Assembly (NCBI GenBank): GCA_000708835.1
Contig: DF237012.1
Coordinates: 1-64,000, forward strand
Direction: 5' to 3'
DNA from: Klebsormidium nitens
Lineage: Eukaryota; Plantae; Klebsormidiophyceae
Length of the DNA: 64,000 nucleotides
Positions 24,599 through 37,494 of this stretch are shown piece by piece (positions within the stretch are counted from its first letter, which is position 1; each line of letters starts with the position of its first letter). The position numbers and the translations under genes are program-made. The notes beneath the pieces are model-generated. The model was given only the letters and a program-made list of their open reading frames with translations. It had not been told where the DNA came from and made no database searches.

Positions 24599-25438
24599 GG
24601 CTGCAGACAAACTTAGCCTGGACTAGCAATTCGAAGATGCCCGCAGACGAGCTCCTCCAGGCTGCACCCCTGGCTCTATGAATCGACGCTATACCGTAGC
24701 CTCTTTGATCAATATGTACCTCTGAAACCCTTTGAAAAAGCATGAACTTGAATTTGATGAAGGGGAGGGGTGCTTTCTCTGCTTTCTGCGCAGGAATTTG
24801 AAGTTGGAAAAGCGTTCTTGATTCTGAAGTTGAAGAGCTCCAGCAGCCAGCTGGAGCGCTCTCGCCAGCTGCACACGTGTCCTCCTCATAGTGGGTCGGC
24901 AAGGACACGTCATGAGGTGCTCCGGCATAGGGCATGAGCATAGAGCATCCAGGCGTTTAGGCACACCAAGAGGGTATATCTTGGTGATTTCTGCACGATT
25001 AAGATAATCATGAATTTTCCAGCGACAGGCCAGCCAGAGGGGCCTCAGCATTTAGGTCCACGATTCAAGTTGGGTCGCTGCCCACCCCCAATCCGATTTT
25101 CAAGTTCGGAAACAAGTTCATAAACTCAGGTAGGATACTGGAAGGATTGGCGATACGTGAGTGATACAGTTCAGCAACACGTTCAGTCCTAGCAAAAGAG
25201 ACGGGCAACTTGACTTCACGTTTACGAGGATTGCAACAGAGGCGCTCGACGCGGCATCTGAATCCTGATGTGAGGGAGGACTTCAATGCTTTTAGAGCGT
25301 GCGTAATCCACCTTTGTCCAATTTAGCCAGCGCCATTCAGAAAACGTATCGTACCAAAGGCGAATATTCCTGGCCACAACCGGGCGCCCTGCAGCGATTG
25401 GTACGAACCGCCAGAAGTTAGGGTTTGCTGTTTCCGTC
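24599..25438. promoter_or_regulatory. Compact divergent (putative bidirectional) promoter between PLC and DPE2
   Basis: The two start codons face away from each other 840 bp apart. A CTGCAG acceptor just before the PLC ATG implies a 5' UTR intron inside this interval. Confidence 0.55.
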
Positions 25439-28400
25439 ATGGCCGCGCGAACGGGCTCAATCCCGGGCACGCCAGTAACCCCGGGCAAACTTACGCCCTT
25501 CAAGCGGTTCACGAGGGTGAATCTGCGCTTCAAACTGCCTTACATGACTGTTTGGGGTCAGAATCTGATGGTCGTGGGGTCTGATCCCATCTTTGGAAGC
25601 TGGAACATCAAGCAAGGAATCTGGATGACGCCGCACCATGAAGGAGACGTCCTGGTTTGGCAGGCTTTCGTCTCCGTGCCAGAGGCGTTTGAGTTTGAGT
25701 ACAGATACTGCCTTGTTGATGAGAAGTTGAATGTGTTGAAGTGGGAAGCTCTAGAGAAAAGGAAGTTGGCTATTCCAGAAGGGCTGGCGGATGGGGCTGT
25801 AGTAGACATCCTGGACAATTGGCAGGTAAATTGGAATTTTGCTTTGCAGGACGATTACGCGCTTGCATGCCTCATTGGTTTGGATTCATGCTGCTTGCTT
25901 GTGACATGTGCATGCGGTGTGCAGAATGCATGGGAACCGATTGACAGGGATCCACGGTTGCTTGTTTCGGCTTTTGTTCGTTCTCATTAAGCAATGCATT
26001 AGCATGTCTACGTCCTGTCGATCATTGCGTCTCTTGGTTATAAGATGTAAAGCCAAGCTTTCTCTCTTCGTTTGCATTGATTGTGTTGCATGGTCGACAA
26101 CATTTGAATGCTCTGGATTGCGATGGTTTTTGCTGCTCTACTGAAGTGGTTTTGTGCTGGCCTCATATCAAGTCTACTGTACTGCTTTGATTGCGTCTGT
26201 TGCTTTCTTCCTCAACAAAGTCGATATGTAACCACTTGTGCTTCGTTTTCAATAAGCTCTCCTGCTCTGATTGCTCTTATAGATGTTGGTTGTCTCACCA
26301 GAATCTCTGCCAAATGAATGCATGCTGGATCCATGAGGAAGCGTTACTTTATTGTAGAGAGCTGTTTTCTTCTGGCAGGGCTAGATCTTACCGATGGCAC
26401 TCACAGATCTTGGAATGCAGACCGATTGCTTCAGCGAAAGTTGATTCTGCGGTACAGATTTGGTAATGGTACTTATTAAAACTACTTGTACTAGTGACAG
26501 AGGCTGCTCTGTTTCACTAGTAATTCCAAATTGCATAAGAAAGGGAGCCTCTCGTGAGAAATGGGGACAATTCCCAGGTTGACTGTTAAGATCGCTTGGC
26601 TTCTTTAAGAAAGTCAGAGACCTGTCTTTCGTTCGCCACAGACAGAATTTTGCTTTGGCAATGTCTGCTGCCAAACGAGTAAGTACAGACAATACACCAA
26701 TTGGTGTTCCACAAAGTAGCAATGGTGGCAGGTCTGCAACCCTCAAAGCAGGAAACAATCGAGGAACATATTAGTAGCCCAGGCAAGGCACTGCTTCGGG
26801 GGCTGACAACATTTTTCACACCTCCTCGGTTCTTCATGCCAGGCGCAATTTGTCAAGCATGGCAGTTTGGACCAAAGCTGCAGCTCCCTCTGCTGATCCA
26901 CCGCCACGCATGAGATCGCCAGCCATGACCTTCATAAAGATTTCTCAACCGAGTTCTTCTAAACTGCAGGATGGAGCTGCCCCTGAAGTTCTCCTGTCAA
27001 GGGCCGCTTTCAAGAAGGTCATCTTCCAGGAGGTTGAGGAGAACGGAAAGCCAGAACCTCATGGAGCTAGGCCCACCCCATCACTTCATCCAGATGTCTT
27101 TGAGTCTCCAGGTGACTCGTCTAATCCCTCCCACTTGTTTAGCAAGTGCGCATGTGTACCGCACTCAGAGGGCAGTTCATGCAGCTAAACAAAATCTGTC
27201 AGTGGTTGTGATGCAGCTGGGGCCAGGGGTTTCATCTGTGCGGGGTTATGATCAGCTGATGATAAATGATCTTAGCAGATGGGCGCCTGATGCTGGTACG
27301 AGCGAAGCTTTCGAGAGCATCTGAAGGGCGACGTCCTTGAAATCAGTGTCCCTAAAGGGGCCGGCAACGCGCAGCTTAAAGCAGCTCATCTTCAAACTTG
27401 CCCAAGCACACCAGGTCCAAGATATGTTCAGCACTGTTAAGGTTAACTCGAAAGTACTTCTGCCTGCAGACACTGTTGTGGTCCGCTTCAAGGTGCACAT
27501 TGCTCGCCTGGAGCGGGGCCAGTCTGTGTACGTTGCTGGCAACAGGCAGGAACTTGGAGGTTGGGACAACACACGGGCGGTGCCGCTGGTGCAAACGGGG
27601 GGGTCCACTTGGGAGGTGGATGTACCCCTCTCCAGGGCGCTCTTCCCCATCCAGTACAAGTATCTGTTGAAGGATAACAAAGGCGGAGTGGTCCCGGAGG
27701 AGGGGGCTGACATCGAGCTTGCTCTGGATACCACGGCCAGGAAACCATCGACCATGATTGTGGTCAATGACGGGCACTTCAGGGTGAGCCGTTCTGCATC
27801 AGGCAACGTCTTCTTCGTTAGTATTCATGTCATGGACTTTGACGTCTTCTGGGAAATTGGCCCAGTGATCATTTTCTGCGGCATAGTTGCGCCGGGGTCA
27901 CGAGTAGGAGCTGCGCTACTAGCAGGCAACCAGTAGTGATGGAGCATACATCAAGATGGTAGCACCTCCGCTTTTGTTCAACCATTGCTCGGGGAGCTGC
28001 GAAGCGGACAGCCTACTTATCAAAGTTCCCAGGAATGGCAATCCTCATTCACCGCTTAGGCCAAGTCGAGGATTTCGAGACAGTAGTCGAAAATACTCAT
28101 CAGTTCCAGAAGAAGGGAGCTGTTTTCCTGGGCTGCTCTCTCTTCACGTCAGCAGCCTTGAGCATAAAATCCAGGAAGCCGCAGAATTCAAAAGTCTGAA
28201 CCGGCAAATTTTGTTTCTACCAGTCCATCCCCTGGAAGGGGGCTGGCGTTGCAGTCCCGGTCTTCTCCATCCGGACTGAGGAAGATGTCGGCTCTGGAGA
28301 GTTCCTGGACCTGAAGTTGGTTGTCGACTTGGCCGTCAAGTCGGGTCTTCACCTGGTCCAGTTACTGCCGGTAAACGACACCTCAGTCAACATGATGTGG

Positions 28401-31400
28401 TGGGATTCTTACCCGTACAGGTAAGCCCCTGCTCCTGTTTCCTACTTCGCTATGCTTTGGTTTCCCTCTTGCTTTCTCTTAACAGATTCGGCTATAGAAT
28501 GTCAGTTGTCAAGTTGGTTTCACTGTGGGCTCGTTGAGATTGCAATCATTTGATTTCCTTACTTGCAAAATATCAGGAATCGTTTGGTTTGAGAGTTTGA
28601 ACTTATCGAGAAAGCAAAATCCTAGCAGGGTCAGCAACGATTTCGACAAAAAGTTGGATCGGAGCCTTACAGCATGAACTCGATGTTTTTTCAATAGGCT
28701 TGACGCTCATCTGCAACTCTATCCTCGAGGCGCCGCCATGAGGGGTCGTTCTCGTCGGAGCCAAGGCTTGTCCACGTGCTTACAAAAGCTTTCCTATCCC
28801 GCAGCTCCCTTTCCGTCTTTGCCCTCCATCCCCTGTACCTGCGCGTTCAAGCCCTTTCCGACAATCTGCCGGAGGCAATCAAATCGGAAATCGAAGCAGC
28901 ACGCAGGACCCTAAACAAAGAGGTAGGCTCAGAGCCACCGCACTCGTCAGCCAAGTCGATTGGTTCTCTTGGGCCTCATCATTAGTCACAAGGTATCCAG
29001 GCAAGCAGCCTGGTGTTGAAGCCATAAAAGTGATTTGCCTGCACAATCCCAACAGATTTCGACTGCAACGCTGCAGTCGTGGTCTCCCCAATCCCATGCA
29101 ATTGCAGACGAAAGGAATGTTCTTTGAACCGCGCGGAATCAAAAAATCGAACGGTTTGGTTATGTACTGTGGCCTTCTGCATTGTTTGACAAACACGTAG
29201 ATTAGTTCTAAGTTGAGATGACGGTTTTCTGAAGCTCTTACGCTTTCTTAAATGGACCTTCCGAATGACAGGCTGTAGAGTATGAGGGAACCCTGAAAGC
29301 CAAGCTCGGTATTGCGAAGAAGGTGTACCTCCTCGAGAAGGACAGGGTGCTCAAGTCAGCGGACTTCAGTACCTTTTTCGACGAGAACAAGGTGAGCAGT
29401 GCACTACACCCTTGTTCGGAACCAGTCTACGGTACTCTGCCCTTCTCTTCAAGCTGCATTGTCTTTGTCGATTCGAAGCGTTTTGTCCTTACCCAACGTG
29501 CAGACAATCGTCGTACGGTTCTTTCGTTCCTTAACTTGAAGCACGTCACATAGGGGTCCTATCAGGTCGTGCTGAGTGATAACCAGCTTTGGGTTTCATC
29601 AATACCTTCAGCTTGAATCTATTAATTCCTTGCCCCGTTCGGATGACACATACTAACGATTTCTCCCTTGCAGGGCTGGCTGCGGCCGTACGCTGCTTTC
29701 TGCTTCCTGCGCGACCTTTTTGGCACTGCCAACCACTCGCAGTGGGGGGCCCTCGGGGAATTCTCGCAGAAAACGCTGGACCGGCTGGTGTCCCCCGAAG
29801 CGGACCACTACGGGACGGTTGCGTTCCACTACTATGTTCAGTATCACCTGTACAAACAGGTAAAGTCACGGCCCAGCTTCTCTTTGCAGCTAATCTGGGA
29901 TGTGCAGTGGCGCACTGACTTGGCTCTTGGATGTAGACGGCGAAAGGTTGCAACTTACACCAGTCGTTCAATGCAGCGTCTGTTGCTTAGTAGCGGGGCG
30001 ATTGCAGCCTTAGTCTATCACCCGTCGAGTTGGTTCTCAGGGTCGTCGGGCGAAGTACTCGCAGTCAGCGGAATACATAACCACTGTTGACCCGAAATGG
30101 ATTATCCTTGAATACGAAGTCGAGGTTGACTCTCAACGTAGGACATGAGTTGTTTGGATGCGGAGCAAGATTCTGAGCTGCCAAATTGCATCCCTGCAGC
30201 TCAAAGAAGCCGCCGACTACGCCCGCGCCAACCGCGTCGTCTTTAAGGGCGACCTGCCCATTGGGGTGGACCGCAACAGTGTGGACACGTGGCAATTCCC
30301 CACCCTGTTCCGCATGAACACGTCCACCGGCGCGCCCCCCGACTACTTCGATCCCAACGGCCAGAACTGGGGCTTCCCGACCTACAACTGGGAGGAGATG
30401 GCCAAGGACAACTACGCGTGGTGGAGGATGCGACTGACACAGGTGCGGCAAGAAAGTCCTGAGACTCGGAAGCGCAGGCTTTGCGTTTTCTGTTCGAGGA
30501 ATCTGTTCTGAAACCACTGCGCAATCACTCACTGTGCTGAATGACAATCTTCTCAACCAAGTGCGAGTGCCTAAGCTACTTAGTGAGGCGCTATTGGTCG
30601 ATCATCTCGACACGAGAGTGAAAGCTTCTACGTTACTACCGACGTGGTTGTTTGAGGTGGTCTTCGATCTGTATCTTTCGATGTAGGGATTGCTATGTTC
30701 GTTCTGTGGCGCACAGAGTCCCATCCACTGTCCTGATGTAAAGGATATTGAGCTGTGGGGTCATTTGATTTTGCCCACTCACAACCGTCTTCCGCCCTGT
30801 ACAGATGTCCAAGTTCTTCAGCGCCTACCGGATAGACCACATCCTGGGCTTCTTCCGCATTTGGGAGATGCCCGACCATGCGTGCACCGGAATCCGCGGC
30901 AAGTTCAGACCGGCACTGCCCCTGACACAGGTGAGAGAGCCGACACGTCTTGCTTTTTAGGACCTTGTACCCGTAGAAGCTCCCAATCAACTTTGGAGAC
31001 CTTTCGTTTTGGGACTTCTTCAATGCGAAGGCTCTCCTCTTATTCTGGAATGCGCCCTGGTAAAACTTTGTCATATGCGCTGCTTCCTCCAGTCACATGC
31101 TGTGCCATCCAATTGTAGAGCAGCCAGAAATGCTCAGTCTTCACTGAACAGATTACGACTTGTTCTTCGAAGACTGTCGTTGGAACTTTATTCTGGCACA
31201 GCAATAAAGATCGACGCGAGAAGACAGCCTGTCCGGTTCACATAGGGCCAGGAGCTGCTGGGGATTATCTGCGTTGTCTTTTGAGCCCACACTAGGTTCT
31301 GGTACAACCGCCTAGGCACCCATTTTTAAGGGCTGCAAACCGCATCTTCCCCTTTCACTGACGAACTTGAGCATAGGTTCACTTTCACGAGCGTCTTAGC

Positions 31401-34400
31401 ATCCCTAGTGGGTTCTACTTCCTGGTGGCTTGCGGTTTCCACGTCTTTCACGAGTCCTGCCAACACATCCGGTCTGAGTCCAGCTTAAGGAGTTTTTCCC
31501 GCCAGGGGTCTGACGTGCTCGTGTCTGTGGATGCAGAAAGAGCTTGAGGGCCACGGTCTCTGGGACTTCAACCGCCTGAGCCAGCCGTACATTCGGACGC
31601 ACATCCTCCAGGACGCCTTTGGCGCGCAGTGGAAGGAGATTGCCTCCAAGTTCTTGAACGAGTTCCAGGAGATGTGCTACGAGGTGCGGAACCGTCCCCG
31701 CTCTGTGCCTTTTCTTTGCTTTGTACCAGAGAGGGGACCGAGTGTAACCAGATTTGCTGCGCGTTGAGTCTAGAATGGGCTGCCTCATTGTGCTCCGCAG
31801 TATCCTTAGTCCGCTTGGAACCTCCGTTGATTCTCGGGAAGAGATTGGACGATATGGAGTATTGATCAGTGCTTCTGCTACCGCATGGGCGCGCTGTCAA
31901 CACGTATGGATCAATAAGTCGTCACGCAATGTCTCCAGCATGCCCGTACGGGCAGCCCACATGGCCCTGGGAAAAGTGACAGGCACCTCTTGTGCTGTGC
32001 TGAGACCCACGGCGTGTCGCTAGATCGCGGGACGTCTTTATCTGCTACACGAAATCACGATCATCAGGGCTGAGTTTCGTGCTTGGGTCAAGGTTGATGC
32101 TGATAACCAGAGGCGAAACTCTTCTGGTTGCAGTTCAAGGAGGAGTACAGCACGGAGAAGAAGATTGCAGCTGCGCTGACGCCCCGGCCGGACTCCCCCG
32201 ACTGGCTGAAGAAGGAGTTGGACGAAACCAAGAAGGGACTCTTCAAGCTTATGTCGGTAAGGCCTTTACCACTTCATTGGGCCTTGCTGCGCCGTCCTGT
32301 TGCGGAGATTGTGGGTTTGAAGACCGCGTCACTTTCCAACCCCTCTTTAGCCTGCATCTCTTGCCTGGGGTCCGCATTGATACTTCCACACACCTCTACT
32401 CGACGATTCTCTGCAGAACGGCTGCCTGATCCGCAATGTATGGGATGCAGGCACTCTCTATCTGGACTCCATTCTGCATGAATCTCCTGAGTTTTCAAGT
32501 AAAGCCAGTTCGTTTGCCCTTCCCTACGCTTCTGCTTTGCAAATCGCTCCCCTTACTCGCAGCCATGAGGACCCCGACCCTTTCCTGCCCTGCTTCCATT
32601 TTCGCAACCCTACATAGCACACAAGAAAGTCAGTGTCGTACTGACCTTTTTGAGTCCTTGCTTGCATTTGCAGGTTACTGCCTAATCTCCAATCATCGTG
32701 AGAGTCATGGAGTAATTGGTTTCTCTCCTCTTGGTCACCCATTTCAGACTTTGTGTTTTTCAGCAGAACATTGGCCTGATACGGGACTCCCCACGCTCCA
32801 CCTGCACACCGCACAGTACTAACACCTTTGCACAACTCCAGCTGTATCACGTGGACCTTCTGCCTCGTTGACTTACGCATTCAGACTTTCCCTTCTTGCA
32901 GAGAATCTGCCTATTCGCGATCCTATCACCATCCCGCCACGCTTTTACCCTGGCGTTTCCCCCGTTACACTGCTAGCCTCCTAAAAGAAGTCCGGGTTAT
33001 CGAGTGGCCACTCTCCTCTCATGCCACTCAACTTAGACCTACCTCTTCTCGCAGACCATCTGCCTGATTCGCGACCCCGAGGACCCGGCCTCGTTCCACC
33101 CGCGCCTTATCTGCAGAGTACCTGCCTAACCCGCGACCCTAAAGGGCCCCCTTTTCAAACCCGCTCTTACACCTGAGAGTACGAGCAACTAGGCTGAGAC
33201 CTTGCCGGCCAGCCCTGAAAGCGGATGCATCGCTTTGTTTGCAGAGTACCTGCCTAAGCGGCGACGCTGAAGTGGCCCCCGTTTTTCACCCCCGCTTCAT
33301 GGGGCACCTCACACAGATTCCCAGGCTTTTCAAGTGGGTGTTTCGCCTTTGAAGGTTACTCATCTCTGTTGAAACTTCTTGCAGAACATCTGCCTGATTC
33401 GCGACCCCGAGGACCCCGCCGCGTTCCACCCGCGCTTCAACCTGCAGAGCACGAGCAACTACGGCGACCTGGACGAGCACAGCAAGGCCGTGCTGCAGGC
33501 GCTGTACACCGACTACTACTTCGGCCGCCAGGAGCAGCTGTGGCGCGAGAACGCCCTCAAGACGCTGCCCGTGCTCATGAACGCCTCCGACATGCTCGCG
33601 TGCGGGGAGGACCTCGGCCTCATCCCTGCCTGCGTGCCACCGGTAAGATGCTTTAGGATCATCTTGCTTTTTCGATTAGTTTGAGCGGGAGACTTAAGGA
33701 GCGCCGATGGAAACGGGTTGCTAGATCAATGGGTGACTTCAGGGCAGTGAGGGGGCTGGGCGCCTGATTTGCAATCAGAACGGCTGACCCTCAGGCAGTC
33801 GAGTCCGAACTACGTCAAGTTGTGGTTTCGTTTGCGTAGCGGCTTTCCTCGAGGTGCAACTAGGTGAGAAATGCACTGGGTTCCAACATGATACTAAGTA
33901 CCCCGCACTGGCAAAGCTCTACGTAATTTAAACGGTAACAGTAATCATACACAGGCTCTCGAGTCTCTACGATCTCCATCCTTCGGCCTACTCGGCTTGT
34001 GGCACAAATATTTACATGCAGGGTGCGAGCAGCGCGGCTGTCAAATCGGGCGCCGACATTTTTAACTCCGAACCCTGTGGAAATCAGACGCCTTCCCTTG
34101 TCCCTTGAAACCCCGAATCTTTTCCAGACACTTTCAAGTCAATACCCCTCAACCACGCCCTCGCTGTGCTGGGCCTTCTTGCTGCTCGTTTGTCACATAT
34201 CCAGAACCTGCGTTTCAGCCCGAAGCTGTCAAAACATGTCGCAAAGTCGCAGCCATACACGCCCCCAACTCGCACTTCCATCCGTAGACTCGTAGACTCA
34301 GTAGACTCGTAGACTCAGTAGACTCATAGACCTAGTCGATTCAGTTCTCAGGTCCCCGTCGAGTGGGGCTGCACGAGTAGCGTATGCCCAGCACGTTTTG

Positions 34401-35804
34401 GCTAAGCTCAAGCTCCCAAACCCCTTTGCAACCCACTGCGAAACCTCAGATGCATAAACTACTCATCAACCCTTTCTTCTCCAGAAATTGCCGAATTGCG
34501 TCTGCTAGGGCTGCGCCCAGCCCGTTTTGTAACCTCCGAGCTTCTAACCCCTCCCAAACCCGCTTCGCAGCCGTGGATACCAAAGTCTTTCCTTAACCCG
34601 GAATCTTAACCACCCAGGTCCTGTCGGAACTGGGCCTCCTCGGGCTGCGCATCCAGCGCATGCCCAGCAAGCCCGGCCAGGAGTTCGGCCTCCCCGTCGA
34701 GTACGAGTACATGACCGTGTGCGCGCCCTCGTGCCACGACACGTCCACGATGCGCGCCTGGTGGGAGGAGGACAAGGAGCGCCGCGACCGCTTCTTCCGC
34801 AACGTGCTCGGGTTCAGCAGCGCGGCGCCCGACAAGTGCGACCCGGACGTGTCGCGCGCCATCGTCCAGCAGCACATGGAGGCGCCCAGCGTGTGGGCCA
34901 TCTTCCCGCTCCAGGTGAGACGGGGCCGCTGACGTGGCACTGACGTCACTTTGTGCGTGTGTTTGAATGGAAACCTATTGTGATCTGGGCCTGTGGCATT
35001 CCTCGGGGGCTCTAAATCTCTGAGCAAAGTGGGCCTTCTCAAGAGAAACTTCGTTGTGAGGGGGTTACTGAGGACTCATTGGCAGGTGTCTTCATGGGTT
35101 TTACTCTCGAACGAAATGCGCTGTGGGATATTTGCGGTGGTCTTCGGATCTGTCGGCAATTGACAGTCAGACCGACTGGTTACTGCGGCTCCGGTTGATT
35201 ACTGATCTTCTCAAAAAAATTAGAGTGTCCTGAAAGCGAGAATGAGATTCAGAGGCGGAGGAGCTGAGCGAGCAGAGTCGCGAACGCTTCGCTGTTGCGG
35301 GAAGAGAGAGGCTGTGCAGCACTTCCGTTCCCAACGATCATTCCGTCTTCTTCAGAGCACCTTGTGTTGGGAGCTATCCTACTATTCAGGATGCTCGCTT
35401 CACCGTCTCCAGATCTTCTCATAAAGTACAACCGACGCTGCTGCCGTTCTATCCCTACTCCCCAGCAAACGATGGTACAAAACCTATTTCTGACACGTGG
35501 CTCGCTTTCATTGGTGCAGGACCTGATGGCCCTAAAGGCCGAGTACAGTGCACGGCCGTCCAAGGAGGAGACCATCAACGACCCCACGAACCCGAAGCAC
35601 TATTGGCGGTTCCGACTCCACGTGACCATCGAGAAGCTGCTGGGGGACAAGGAGCTGACTGGAGGCATCAAGGAGTTGACTGTGGCGTCCCACCGAGCGG
35701 CCGAGGAAGGCGGAGCGCAGGAAAGAGGGCCTGCGCCCGCAAAGGTGCATCCGTATATGGCAAACGGTACTGTCAAAGAAAACGGCGTGATGCATCAGGT
35801 TTGA
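25439..35804 (+). CDS. DPE2: 4-alpha-glucanotransferase / disproportionating enzyme 2 (two CBM20 domains plus GH77; 14 exons, about 980 aa)
   Basis: Exons 25439-25825, 26970-27111, 27470-27783, 28224-28420, 28805-28922, 29272-29391, 29674-29859, 30200-30442, 30805-30930, 31537-31683, 32134-32256, 33385-33642, 34618-34914 and 35520-35804 join in frame (2943 nt). Motifs: WKGAGVAVP, LVQLLPVNDT, WWDSYPYSSLSVFALHP, FKGDLPIGV, GAPPDYFDPNGQNWGFP, YRIDHILGFFRIW, CGEDLG, PSCHD, INDPTNPKHYWRFR. Confidence 0.96.
32405..33450 (+). repeat. At least seven degenerate copies of the DPE2 exon 12 acceptor and exon start inside intron 11
   Basis: Variants of YGCAG|AACATCTGCCTGATTCGC at about 32411, 32668, 32761, 32896, 33049, 33111 and 33239. 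The functional copy is at 33379. Confidence 0.8.
34284..34331 (+). repeat. (A)GTAGACTC minisatellite, about 6 units, in DPE2 intron 12
   Basis: GTAGACTC GTAGACTC AGTAGACTC GTAGACTC AGTAGACTC ATAGACCT, read directly from the sequence. Confidence 0.85.
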
Positions 35805-37494
35805 GAGGATTCGCTTGAAGAGAGTGGCCGGATCGGAAATGATGAGGATCTGGTGCTGCTTAAAGACAGAAGTGCGGAGTTCTGAGGATTGCACACATTA
35901 CAACGGCATCGACTTTGGAAATACAGGTGCATCATCCGAGTTAGCGAGTTCTTCGTAGAGGCAATGGTAGTTGGCCTGGCTGATCAGGCGAGCGAAATTT
36001 GAATTCAGCATCGTGCCACCGAGCATTTTAGGTAAATAGGCAGGTTAGTTGGATATATATACTGGCGATGTATCATTTTATACAGCTCCGACTAGTTTGC
36101 CCATTGGAATGAATCTATTGGCAGACATTGATATGGATTGCAACACCAATCAACAACATTTCTTAACGTTTGAATTCCATTGATCCATCCGACGGCATCG
36201 GACCCCTCAAGGGTGCTAACGACCCGAATCCCCAATTGCTGGCAGTTTGACCCGGACCTGGCTAGCTGGGAAGGGACCGTGGCAAAGCCTTGAGCCAGTT
36301 GACTTCTAGCAGATTGATTTTGAAAACACTAATCATCTACCGAGGGGGCGGCAGGTGTTGAGTTCTTGCCGCACTCACGCATAATCATCTATTCTGCTTG
36401 CTTACGGATTGCTTACGTTTACCGTACCCTAGTTAAAAAGCATGCAACATGTTCGTATGTGCTGGATTTGAACGGGAGCAGATTGCAACGATATGTGACA
36501 ACTTGTCGAGTCGCGTGCGGCTCATGGCATGCACGTCGAAAATCTGTGAAAAGAGGTGCATGACGTAAGAGATGGCGATCCTCCACGCCACATGCTCCCC
36601 TTGACCGTCCTTAAAGAATGCATGTAAGGACTCAAACATATGTGCACGTGATGGAAATGGGAAGCGACTCGAGTCACGTCCAGCCGCCTCCACAAGTGAG
36701 ATCAGGCTAGGGGGATGGGGCGGGGCCTAGATAGTCAAAGACGGTTACTAATCAAAAATATGCATGCTATAGCTTTGCCCTATAGTCGATGCATCGTGCA
36801 CCGCACTACCATGGTCGGAACATGCAGGCAGGCCAATGATCGCCCCAAGAATTATTACCGACGACACCGAACTTAAGCTTATATGATATGATCATTAGCG
36901 GTCAATAATTAATCTGTAGCTCAACACTTGGTTACATTGAAGGTCAAGGGTCGTCTCAAACAGCCACACGCAGCCGGAGCAACGTGGAAGCCGCGCTTGT
37001 TGACGGATATTCTCTTCTCGTACCTTAACATAAGGCAACCACATTGACGCGAAGATATCATATTGCCTATACCCGCAAAAGAAAAGGTACACGCGCCGCC
37101 GCTGCCGCCTTAACATACGTCGAAGTGCCGATTTCGGTAGATAATGCTATCAGCCTTTGCCGTCACGTCGAACAAAAGTAATGAGGACGCACACTTGCGC
37201 GCAAAACGGGAACTCCAACTTGCTCACAGTCCTGAAACCCGTACGTTTTCAGCTTGGTTAGTCTATCAAGACTTATAACTGGGCGGCGTGCATACCTTGT
37301 AGCGGCTGGAGAGGGGGCCGCCGTGCGTCAGCTTCGAGGCACGACGTTTTTGTGTCGTCTCAACGGCCCAACTTTCTTCTCGCCCAGTGCTCTCTAACGT
37401 CAAAGGTCAAGCGGAATCCTTTACCACCAGCAAATGATGGACACTAAGCGGCCTCTGGGTTATCTCAAATCCTAAACCCGCTATGGGTGCCTAT

